From Schizosaccharomyces osmophilus (taxonomy: Eukaryota), in assembly GCF_027921745.1 (NCBI RefSeq), contig NC_079238.1, forward strand, positions 2,790,001 to 2,854,000: a stretch of 64,000 nt of DNA, in the 5' to 3' direction. A model generated the notes under the pieces. It was not told the DNA's origin, did no database searches, and saw nothing but the letters and a program-made list of their open reading frames with translations. The position numbers and the translations under genes are program-made. Positions 1 through 11,100 of this stretch are shown piece after piece (the first letter of the stretch is position 1; every line of letters begins with the position of its first letter).

Positions 1-138
1 TTCATGCCTTAAAGCACTCTTAATTAGATTTTTACTAGGTTAATTGTTGAGTCAAGAAATATTACAAGTACAAATTCCTTACTGAATTAACAAACTATGA
101 AGTAGTAGGAAAGAAAGTTTGGAAGTATTAGTAATTGC

Positions 139-486
139 CTACAAACTGTTCTGTACGCGTCGCAAGTTTCTTCTCAAAAATACTCGCCCTTGAAGTGTAG
201 GAGTTGAATGTTTTATATGCGTCCAGCTATTAGCCCTCATTCGGTCGAGGTTTATAGAATGAGAATGACGATCGCGAATACCAAAAGGTCGGTTTCGAAC
301 TATTATTACTTGGGTTTCAGACACATCTAAATCGGGAAGGCTCACAGATTCTAATGGTTTTTTGAATAAGTTATCTAAAGCGGAATTGAATAAATCCAAA
401 TTAGATATCAAACGAGTTTTTCGAAACGTTGTATCAAAAGCAAAATCGATGGCCTTTGCTTGATCTATCGGTATTAAATTGGACAT
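139..486 (-). CDS. mis19: Centromere CENP-A loading factor Mis19/Eic1/Kis1 (115 aa)
   Basis: ATG at 486 (MSNLIPIDQAKAIDFAFD...FGIRDRHSHSINL...RVFLRRNLRRV) resembles S. pombe Mis19 as I recall it; it also lies next to mmm1. Confidence 0.8.
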   Translation of the reverse strand: MSNLIPIDQAKAIDFAFDTTFRKTRLISNLDLFNSALDNLFKKPLESVSLPDLDVSETQVIIVRNRPFGIRDRHSHSINLDRMRANSWTHIKHSTPTLQGRVFLRRNLRRVQNSL

Positions 487-899
487 AGATCGGCACAAAA
501 CAAACCTCTCTTATAATGGAATGTAGAATAATTAGTAATGTGACGGCAATTGAGGGACAATCACAGGTAATAAAAGGAAGCTTCAGAGAGAAACGGATTT
601 CTTAAACCGCGGTAGAAATTCAAAAAATAAATGTTAAACAGTATGAGAAAAAGGCTTTCGTATGGAGAAAACTAATGTTTCGAGTTTAGAGATATCCTGT
701 TTTCGTTAAATAGTTCAATTATTTTAAAATTCTGTATAGTTTACTACAGTGTTCTTGCTAATTCATGAAGTATTACTAAATTCCTTTCAATCGTCCAAGG
801 AGGATTGAATAAGTGAAGCATACGCTGAACCACCAACATTCTGTCACTGGATTGAGCTTGTCGTGATATTTGAATAAAATCTTCCTTTATGAATAAATA

Positions 900-1995
900 A
901 TGGGTCTTTTAATACAGTGGTCCTTTACTCAGGGATTCATATTAGGGCAATTGTTAACGATTTCGGTTATTTATGTATTTCTTCGGTTTTTTTTATTTTG
1001 TAATCCACCACCGCAAGATCTAGCCAAAGAAGAAGAAAAGATTGAAGCAATTAAATCTCAACAATCAAAATCTTCTCCTAGTTCTCCCCCGAGTGTTGCC
1101 AATGCTACTGACAGTGCTAGACATTATTTTCAAGATACCCATTCAACTTTGGATTCCGAGTTTTTGGATGCTCTTTACAATGTTAACGAACATGAACCTG
1201 AATCACTAGATTGGTTCAATGTTTTGATTGCTCAAGCTTTAACTCAGTTCCGACATGATGCAAGCTCGAACAATGTTGCTTTGAGAAAATTAGAAGCAGT
1301 TTTAAATAAAGGTACTCAAGACAGAACAATGGTTGATCACATCTACGTGAAAAACCTTTCATTGGGTCGAGGATTCCCTGTTTTTAGTCACTGCAGAGTT
1401 CTCCGTCGAGAGCAAGGATCTTCTCAGCTACGAGCAGAAATGTTAGTTTCCTTAAATGATAATCTTACTTGTACAGTCGAAACGAAACTGCTACTGAATT
1501 TCCCAAAACCTTCATTTGCGACACTTCCTCTGTCTATAACTATAAGCATGCGAAGATTCGTTGGGAAGGTAATACAAATATTAAGAAAAAAAAAAACCTT
1601 ATTGTTCTTATCACTTCGGCGTATTTATGTTTGCTAACCTACTTTAGATGATGATTCATTTTTCTCCAAGCAATGGAGCAGATCAACCAGCTTATTTTAA
1701 TTTCTCCTTCGATCCTGATTTTGTGATCTCTTTAGAAGTCAATTCCCTTATAGGAGCTAGATCGAAACTACAGGACATCCCTAAAATCACTCAATTAATT
1801 GACTCTCGTGTCCGTCAATGGTTTATTGCTCGTTGTGTTTCCCCTCAATTTCAACAGTAAGTATATCGTTGATTTTTATACTCTATTAACCACGGACAAT
1901 ACAGAATCGCTATACCAAACTTTTGGCCCACTTCCGCCAAAGAAGGCCATGCACGCTCACAAACGACAAGTGCAGATATGCATGGCAATATGTAA
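900..1995 (+). CDS. mmm1: ERMES complex subunit Mmm1 (SMP domain), 3 exons
   Basis: N-terminal TM (WSFTQGFILGQL), HEPESLDWFNVLIAQ, IGARSKLQDIPKI; introns 1569-1647 (GTAATA..CTAAC..TAG) and 1857-1904 (GTAAGT..CAG) keep the frame to TAA at 1993-1995. Confidence 0.93.
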
Positions 1996-2031
1996 AAGAA
2001 TACAAATCAGAAAAATCTTAATTGCTCCTTT

Positions 2032-3161
2032 TTATTTTTGCCGCTTTGACAAGAAAGGTGGATATTTACGATTGGGTATCCATCCGTTGTTTTCATATTT
2101 GAGCCACCACCGGTTACACTCAAAAGTTATTCCTTCCATACTCATCCTGTTAATAATTCTTGCAATGTTTCTGGAGTCGTCGATGCCGCTATGTTGGTTT
2201 CCTTCAAATCGAAGATTCCACCGCTGCAGCATTCCTTCAATATTTATTCTTGGTACATGGTATACATCAGAAAAATAAGCTCGAAGGTCGACAAAGTGAC
2301 CCTTGATCCAGTCTGGAATCTGTGTATTGCTAAATTTGAACTGTTAGGTTAGCTGACATTGGAATGTCCCAGAAAAAGGTAATTTTAATAATATAAGTCA
2401 ATTTAATTAAGCCAAAGATGATTACCTGTTTTGCAATGAAAGACGCCATGTCCCAAGGACCATCGCATGTCCAAGCCCAATTTTTTAGCTGACTCCTAGG
2501 GATCGCTCGTGAGGGTTCGAGGATTTTTATTTCATCAATTGGGGGTTGGAGGATAGCTCTATGTTGTCTTAGGAATTCTGTCAAGTTTTCAAGCACCTGC
2601 AGGAATGGCGGTGCTTGGTCTATAACCGATTGTTGTATCCCAGTTAATGATATACAATAATCGGATAATGTAGGATTCATATTTGGCCGAACATAAGAAT
2701 GAAATTCGTCGATAACCTCATTCTTTTCCAAGTCATAAAGCAAACAGGGAAATTCTATTATTTCATTATCGAAGGTAAAGCCGCATCCTTCCTCACAAGT
2801 AGCTTCTACATCAACTATTAATAAATATCGACTTTATAAAGAAAATTATCGAGTTAGTTTAATAAAATTTCTGTAAGACATAAAAAAATGGATTCGTACG
2901 TACAGAGGAATTTTGGCTTGATTGTCTAAAGAATAAAGATTCCATTGCTGTTGCTTCTTTTTTTCTTCCAAACGCTGCTCCCGAAACTTGTATCGTCGGC
3001 GCAACTTGTCCCTATTTTTGTAAGTTACTATACTTTATAAGGGCTAATAGTACAGAGCAAATTTGGAATTTTAATACGTACTTGCTTCCTGAAGAATTCA
3101 AACCAAGTTCTTCCAATGCTACTCTGAGTTCTTCAATCGCTGACGGTGACTTTTTACTCAT
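2032..3161 (-). CDS. eri1: DEDDh 3'-5' exoribonuclease Eri1, multi-exon
   Basis: Exons encode LIVDVEATCEE, EIIEFP, FHSYVRP, DGPWDM and FEGNQHSGIDDSRNIARI; SAP-like N-terminus from ATG 3161; several GT..CTAAC..AG introns. Confidence 0.9.
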
Positions 3162-3369
3162 GGTAAGGTCGGGTTGGCATTTTGATGATAGCTCTTCCCA
3201 TTCGCTTGAACTTGCGACAAAAAGTGTCTATATACTTGTAAATTCGATTTTCTCTAGAGATAAAGAAAAAACAAAATTTTTATAAGCTAATTTATCAAAG
3301 CTTTTCTGCCTGTAAGGTCGTTGTATGAGAAGAAGTATTAGCGAAGGAAATTTTGGGCATTAATTTTAT

Positions 3370-4312
3370 ATGGAGGATTTTTCTACATTAAAGCAACCTA
3401 CAGGGACCTGGGAAGCTTCTGAAGAAGCATCAGATACTCCAAGTTTACTTGTGGTTATATTGGATGCGAATCCAGCTTCTTGGTATTCACTTTCTAAACG
3501 TATATCCGCTGCAAAAGTACTGGCGGATATCAACGTCTTTTTAAATGCACATTTAGCATTTCATCATGACAATCGAGTTGCTGTTTTGGCTTCTCATTAT
3601 GACAAGGTTGAATATCTTTACCCAAAGCCAGAGACTGAAGAGACTGTTCCTTTGTTAGATCCTGCGAAAGAAGCAAATACATATCGCAAGTTTCGAGAGG
3701 TTGATGATTTTGTCCTCAATGGGATGAGGCGGTTGATGAAGTCCACATCAAAGGTATCCAAAAAGACGCTGATGTCAGGAGCGCTATCCCGTGCCCTGGC
3801 ATATGTAAACCAAGTGCAAAATCAAAAATATATCCGATCTAGGATAGTTATTTTCTCACTGACTGGTGATGTGGCTCTTCAATATATTCCGACGATGAAT
3901 TGCATTTTCTGTGCACAAAAGAAAAATATTCCAATTAGCATATGTAACATTGCGGGTGGAACACTCTTTCTTGAGCAAGCTGCGGATGCTACAGGAGGCA
4001 TTTACTTAAAAGTCGATAACCCCAATGGTTTATTGCAGCATTTAATGATGACTTTGTTTCCTGACCAGAATCTCCGGAAACATCTAAATACCCCAAATCA
4101 AGCGAATGTCGATTTTCGGGCTACTTGTTTCTGTCATAAAAATGTTTTAGATGTCGGCTTTGTCTGCTCTGTATGCTTGTCTAGTAAGTACACATATTTA
4201 AAAGCGTAAAGAGGTTAACATTTATCTAGTCTACTGTGAACCAAGAGAGTTTTGCTCGACCTGTCAAACTAAATTTACTCCCACTACACTATCCAAACGG
4301 AAGTTTTCGTAA
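3370..4312 (+). CDS. tfb4: TFIIH subunit Tfb4 (p34)
   Basis: vWA-like LLVVILDANP, VDFRATCFCH, VCSVCLS; intron 4184-4229 adds IYCEP..CSTC to complete the zinc finger; stop 4310-4312. Confidence 0.93.
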
Positions 4313-4846
4313 TTTAACTTTCATTTACGTGTTCACGAGTTGGTTAATGAGCCGAGTTTTCTGACAATTAATGAGGCAGCAATAAATTATCTATGAGTTT
4401 TGCTTTTGTGAGTACTTTGATGTTATGCATATAACATTACGGCCTCTGACTTTCCTTGATGGTACGTACTGGGTACTTTCGGTCAAAGTTTTCTCAACTG
4501 TTTTCTGGTTGCAATTCAGAATATAATAATAGAAGAGAACACTAAAGTAGCTTCTTAGGAACTTGCGCTATTTTATGAATGCTATAATAGATTTTTTGGT
4601 TTATATCCAACTTCGGCTACAATTCCATATTCAACAATGCTGATTACTATCCATCCACACATTTTATAAATGTGTTCAAAATAAGCTATTTCTGCATCGC
4701 AAGAGTTTTTGATTAGTGCATCACCACTATAAGGATAACAAGTATTTCATTCTACCACCATATAACAAAAAATTTATTAACACTTTGGTTTATTGTTCAA
4801 TTTTGGGTTTGTTCTTGGAAAAACATGGATATCGAATAAACATTGC

Positions 4847-6884
4847 ATGATGTTTTATAAAACTATTTTACATACTTCAAGAAGAAGGTTTAGCACCAAT
4901 TTGGTGACAAATAAAGGACATGTCGTGGTAATTGGAGGAGGCCACGCTGGAGTTGAAGCTGCTGCTGCCTCTGCAAGGCTAGGAGCGCCTACAATTCTTT
5001 TGACAAGGTCAGGCAATGATATTGGGCAAATGAGTTGTAATCCTGCTTTTGGGGGAATTGGAAAGGGCACGTTGATGCGTGAAATTGATGCTCTTGGAGG
5101 TGTTGTTAGTGCTGTTTGTGATGATTCTGCTATTCAATTTCACGTGCTAAACCGATCGAAAGGAGCAGCGGTATGGAGCCCGAGGGCTCAAATGGATCGT
5201 TCAATCTTTAAGTCAAATATGCAGAAGCGAATGAGTAATTATCGACCAAATCTCCACATTCTAGAAGGTAGTGCTGTTGATATTAGTACGAAGGCAGACG
5301 CTTCTGGTAACCTATCTTGTTCTTCCGTCAAACTCGCTGATGGTACAGAAATCGAAGCGAATGGCGTTGTTATTACAACTGGAACGTTCTTAGGTGCTAA
5401 CATTAACGTTGGAAGTAAGCAAACACCAGCGGGCAGGCTTGGTGAAGCTCCTTCCTTTCCTCTCAGTGATTGTCTACGGCGTCTAGGTTTTCAGATGGGA
5501 CGCCTGAAAACAGGAACACCACCGCGTATACATCCTAAAACAGTTGACGTTGAGAATCTCTCAGAGCAACTAGGTGATGGAGTACCTGAAGCGTTTAGTT
5601 TTCGTAACTTGAATGACAACTTTCTTCCAAAATTACCACAACGCTCGTGTTATAAAACTCATACAACAGAGCAAACGCACATGCGCATCCGCGATAATCT
5701 GTCATTAGCCCCTCATATGCTTGCACATGATATCCATTCCCCCCGTTATTGTCCTTCTTTAGAAGCTAAGGTAACTCGCTTTCCTGAAAAATCAAGACAT
5801 ATAGTGTGGTTAGAGCCAGAAGGTTTAAGCCCTGATTCTTTTTGGTATCCAAATGGGCTAAGTAACTCAATGCCTGAAGAAGTGCAAAAAATGATAATTA
5901 GAACTGTACCAGGGCTTGAAAACGCTGAACTAGTTCGCCCAGCGTATGGTGTGATGTACGATTATGTTGATCCTCGTCAACTCCATCCTACACTTGAAAC
6001 AAAAAACATTCGTAAACTTTTCACAGCCGGCCAACTTAATGGTACTACTGGATACGAAGAGGCTGCCGCACAAGGTATCATAGCTGGCATAAATGCCGGT
6101 TTGGCCGCTTTAGGTAAAGGACCCATCACAATACCTAGAAATGCTGCATTACTTGGAGTAATGATTGATGACTTGATAACCAAAGGTGTCAAGGAACCAT
6201 ATCGAGTTTTTACGTCTCGAAGTGAATATCGACTTACTACGAGAGCTGACAATGCTGATTTAAGGCTGATGCCCCTGACGAAATCTCTTGAATTACTTGA
6301 TGACAGCAGTCAATGGGAAAACTTTTCGACTACTAAAAGTTCAATGGACGCCGTAATTAGTGATTTAAAAAACAAAATTCTGAGTTCTCAACAATGGGCC
6401 AAACTTGGACTTTCGGTGCCCCATGATGGAAAGTATCGAAGTGCCTGGCAATTATTATCATTCACGAATTTAAATGCAGTGGATATTGCGCTCACGCTTC
6501 CTTCAGCAAAAGAACTTCCTCGAAGGATACTTGAAAGAGTAATTATTGAAGGAAGATATGCATTTTACATTGGTCGGCAAGCATCACAAAATAAGTTGCT
6601 TTACTATCGAGATGAATCCACAGTTATTCCTCCAAGTTTTGATTATGAAAAGTAAGTTTTTCATTCTTTGTTACACTAACAAGTAAACCAGGTTGCAATC
6701 TGTTTCCGCAGAAGAATTAATGTTATTAAAAACAATTCGACCCGCTACCATCGGACAGTTGAAGCGAATTCCAGGTATCAAACCAAGTACAATCATTTAT
6801 ATGCTTCGTCACGCCACTCACAATCCTAAAAAAGAAACCTGGATGCAAGAAGTTTTTAAGCCTATGTATGACTTTCATTCTTAA
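4847..6884 (+). CDS. MTO1: Mitochondrial GidA/MnmG-family tRNA U34 modification enzyme
   Basis: VVIGGGHAGVEAA, MSCNPAFGGIGKG, RYCPSLE, AGQLNGTTGYEEAAAQG; intron 6652-6691; basic presequence. Symbol follows budding-yeast/human usage. Confidence 0.93.
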
Positions 6885-7034
6885 TCATACGTTTACGTTC
6901 TCTTTGTAAGCTGCCTAACTATACGTACCCGATCAAATTAGAACGGATAACTAAAATAAAACACAAAATTTTATTACCTTAAATATTTTTTCCTTGACTA
7001 AAGACCCGTTCTTTTCTAATTCATATAAAGAGTT

Positions 7035-9976
7035 TTAAATAACATAACCGTACGACTGTAAAACGCTTTGGCCATCACCAGGTAAGTGCATGCTTATAAT
7101 TTGGGACACTCGATTGGCATAACGTTTATTAGCAGCGTTCATCTCTGTAGCAGCATAGTGTTTAAGATCAGCTATTTGAGCAAATGGGTCCACACGTTTG
7201 CCACCACTAGTTGCCAGTCTTGAAAAGGAAGCTTGGAACATCACCGAGTCAGCGTCAATCTCGTCTACCATAAGATCTTCGTCAGCCTCGGTTTGAGTTT
7301 GTTCGATTGGAAGTTCGAATAACTTCAATAGCGATGATAGGATGGGAATGAATAGGCGTTCATATGGAGAGTTATTTGATACTAAAAGATCACTAGTGAG
7401 CAAGCGCACCATACCTATTGCGGTGATCTTCCTATCCAAAGGAAGAGATAGTTTTTGGGTTTGAGGTAAAATAATTGAAGACATAACTTGTCCAAACACT
7501 CCGGTTTGTACGGAATCCACGCCATGAATTAAATTATCTGGTCCGCATGAACCTGTAGTAGAAGCCGCCAAAAAGAAGAAGAACACGGTACAACGTAATG
7601 AAAACCGTTCAGTACGTGAATTTTTAAGACGGCTCAATAATAAGAAAAAGATATGATTTATGTAAGGAGCAAGGATGTTAGCATCGAAAACGGAGAACAC
7701 CCGATCTAGTAAATCAAAACCAAAATGATCATTTATTTTAGAGGAAATCAACTTCCTATAAATACCCAAAACAGGTTCCACAAAGTTATTTGAAATAAAT
7801 ATTTGAGGACCACGAGTAATCATTGCTTGCAAAAGCCTTACTAAAGCAGGAATGTTTCCCTTGGAATCCCAAAGGGCCGGAGATAAGCAAGGTTGTATCA
7901 TATTCACCACAAAATCAGGCAGAGGTTCAGACCCACTTGCTTCAATCAATTGGGACAAAAGTTGTAAAACATAAGGAACAAATTCAGTCACATCCATTAT
8001 CAAGACATTCTGGAAAACAGGAAGCAAGGCAGATTCTAATTGCGAAACGGTTTGCGGTCCCGTTTTTGATAAACTTCGAATAAATGCACCAAGTGCCTCA
8101 AACAAGTAGTGATTGAATTTTGGGTTAGAAGGGTTTTTGCATACTTCAGTTGTTATTTTAGTTAAATGAGTTAAAGCAAGTTCAGCAAATGGCACAATGC
8201 GCTCTTGAGACATGATAATAATCCGCATAATAGCCTTCATCAAGTAATCGTTTTCAGCAAGCTTTTGTGGAGTAACACCACTCTCGATAATGAAAAATAG
8301 CTGGCCTAATACCGGATGGATAATGGGTTCTATAAGAAGGCTAGTAAAAATGTGTACGTGATCATGGCGGAGCGTAAGCAATAGATCAATGGCAATTGAA
8401 GCATAAGTGTAAACAACAAAATTCGGCAATTTCAAGAAATCGGCGATAATAGGTAAGATGTCGACAAGTTGCTGAGATTGCAATTGGTTTCTAAAAGTAA
8501 ATATAAACTTGATATCTTCAGCCAGTACCATAGGATGAACGCTCCCAACAGGTTGAATTAGATCAGGTCTGATGTTGCTTTCAAAAAAACTAACAACATC
8601 AACCATGAGATTTGTTGAAGTAACTCCCAACCTCGACGATTGACCTTTAATTGCAATAGCCGCAAACAATTGTAAAGCAGCATACTTTTTGTTCCAATCT
8701 GATGTAGGATTTAAAGAGGATTGTTGAAGACTAGCATTTATATGGGTAGTAATAACTGTGGTAATTAGTTGATCGAAGTGATCTAATAATCCCCGAACCA
8801 GTACGATGGCAGACCGAGAACGAGAATCACTATTGGATCCTTCTAAATCACGACGAACATATTCAAGGGGATCATCCTCAAACAGCTCTTCGTCAGATTC
8901 ACGCAGGCAGATATTTGGGAGAATGACGAGTTCGATAAATTGTTGGAGGATAGGTTCTTGTCGGAAGAACTCTGCATGTCTACGAATTCGAATAACTGAA
9001 GTTAAGAAAGCCATAGCTTTTCCTACCAACACATCATATTTCTCCTCTTGGGTAAGATTTGTAAGTAGCGTCCAAGTCATATTTACAAAGTCGGTTAAAT
9101 TGGTAAACACTTCTTCGTATCGAAGGGTATAAAGTTCAGCGATTTCACAAATACTGGCCTTTACCTTAATTAAGACATTGTTATCATCATCTTCCAAAGC
9201 AGGATTAGAGTAGATAAAGTAATTGAGAAAAGTAGTCATAAACTCTGTTATATGATCTTCAAAAAACTCCGGAATATCCTGACAATTTAAATCATAAAAA
9301 AGTTTGCATTGTAGTAAAATAACCTGAAACAAGGTGTTTAGAGAAGCGACATTCTGGGGTCCACTTGCCAAGAGAGCATTGGTTTGCTTGAAGAGAGCAA
9401 GAAAGGGTTCACAAAAACGATCCAACACATATTTGATCTCCAAAAACAACGCATCACTTCGAAACAGAGGACGCCAACGCTTAAATATGGCGTGAGCCGT
9501 AGAAAGCACAGAAATATTTACATTCAAGTCTACTGGAGAGAGTCGGGATATCAAATCAGGCAAAAGAGAATCCCAGCGATCAGGGAAATCGAAATTGGCA
9601 ATATAGCCTACAACTTCTCCTAATTGTACCTGAATATTGGCAGGGCTCTTAATCATGAGATTGATAATTTCGCGCTTGACGAGTTCGGCCACTTCGTCGT
9701 TAATGCGAACAGTAGCATCCTCTTCAGCATCCCAGTATCTTTTAATGTAATTCTTAAAATACAAAGAAGCAGCAAGTTTGATGCTAGGGTCGGAGTTTTC
9801 ATCTGCAACAATGCTTAATAACTGGAGAGCAAAGCTTCCATCTTGAACTTCCCATGATTTTAAAGCTTCCTCGGCTGTATTCAACGTCAGTTTATTTCCA
9901 TTATATTTCAATACTTACCAGACCTGGAGGTGGCAGGATTTAGAGTACCTGCAAGAAGAGCTGGAATCCCGTCCAT
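7035..9976 (-). CDS. kap109: Exportin Cse1/CAS (karyopherin Kap109)
   Basis: Importin-beta N domain (LAASLYFKNYIKRYW), FYDLNCQDIPEFFEDH, NPSNPKFNHYLFE; short exon 1 (ATG 9976) plus intron 9875-9918. Confidence 0.93.
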
Positions 9977-11100
9977 GATATACGTGAAGGGGTTGTTGTG
10001 GTTGAAGGAAGGATGAAGAACATGGGTACTATATAAGGAAAATCAATACTAAATTGCATTTCATGGAATAGGAGCTGTTTTATTTATTTCTTTGGTATTT
10101 TTGAATTAAATCTGGATGAATAAAAGTTACGAGTCGAATATACGAAGGGAAAAGGATCGGTTTCTCTCGTCATGGGCTTTCTTCACTTTATGAGATTAGC
10201 TTATATATGTCTACTTTTATTAAAGAAAACTGTTTACACGTATAGAAGAGTAAGAGAATCCCGCGCAAGCATCAACATGCATAGGAGAAAGAGAAAATAG
10301 ATATTGGTTCATCCATAGGAAATTCGATTTCCCATGACTTTATTACAATAAATATAAATCCTTTATACTTCAGATTTTCCTAGCTTGAAACAAATGTCAA
10401 AAAAGTTTCGTTTGTTTACACGAAAAGCAGACGTATAGTCATCTTTCAGCATATTGTAAAAAAAATAAAAATAAACATACATAAAAAAATAAACTGATAC
10501 AGAAAAATGGCTGCAATAGTAGTTAATGCCCAGGAGGTTTGAAAGCATTTTTCTATTCTTTTGTTTACAAATAAGAAACTATCGATAATGTGAACAAAAT
10601 TCCAGTTTCATGTGTTTCAGCTTAGCTACGTATTGTTCGAAACTGTTTCTACGTAAATTAATTCTAGATAGTCATGTAGCACCGGTTTTCTTCTTGGTTT
10701 ATTTGACAAATGGAAGTACTTAACGTTAAAGAGTATTTCTTTTTACCAAAAAGGACTCTCCCAGTATAAAAAATATAGTGTTTTTATAATATGAATTGAA
10801 TTACAAAATCTTCTTGATTTATCTGACTTTTCGTTCTTTTTATTTTATTACTATTTTTTCTAATTTTCTGTAAACAACAACAAAGAATCATTTTATTTAC
10901 ATTTTTTTTTATGAAGTTCGTAAAGGGGTATAAGCAGCTACGAAGCCTTGAATAAAATATAATAGTGTGACTTAGCGCCACTCTTTATTTACTTACAATC
11001 CAACTTACAATAGTTAACTACATATTTTTGGGCAGTGTATTATTACAAAAAGTCGCCTTCTATTGTCATTGTAAAAGGACGTTGGAAACTATGAACTATA

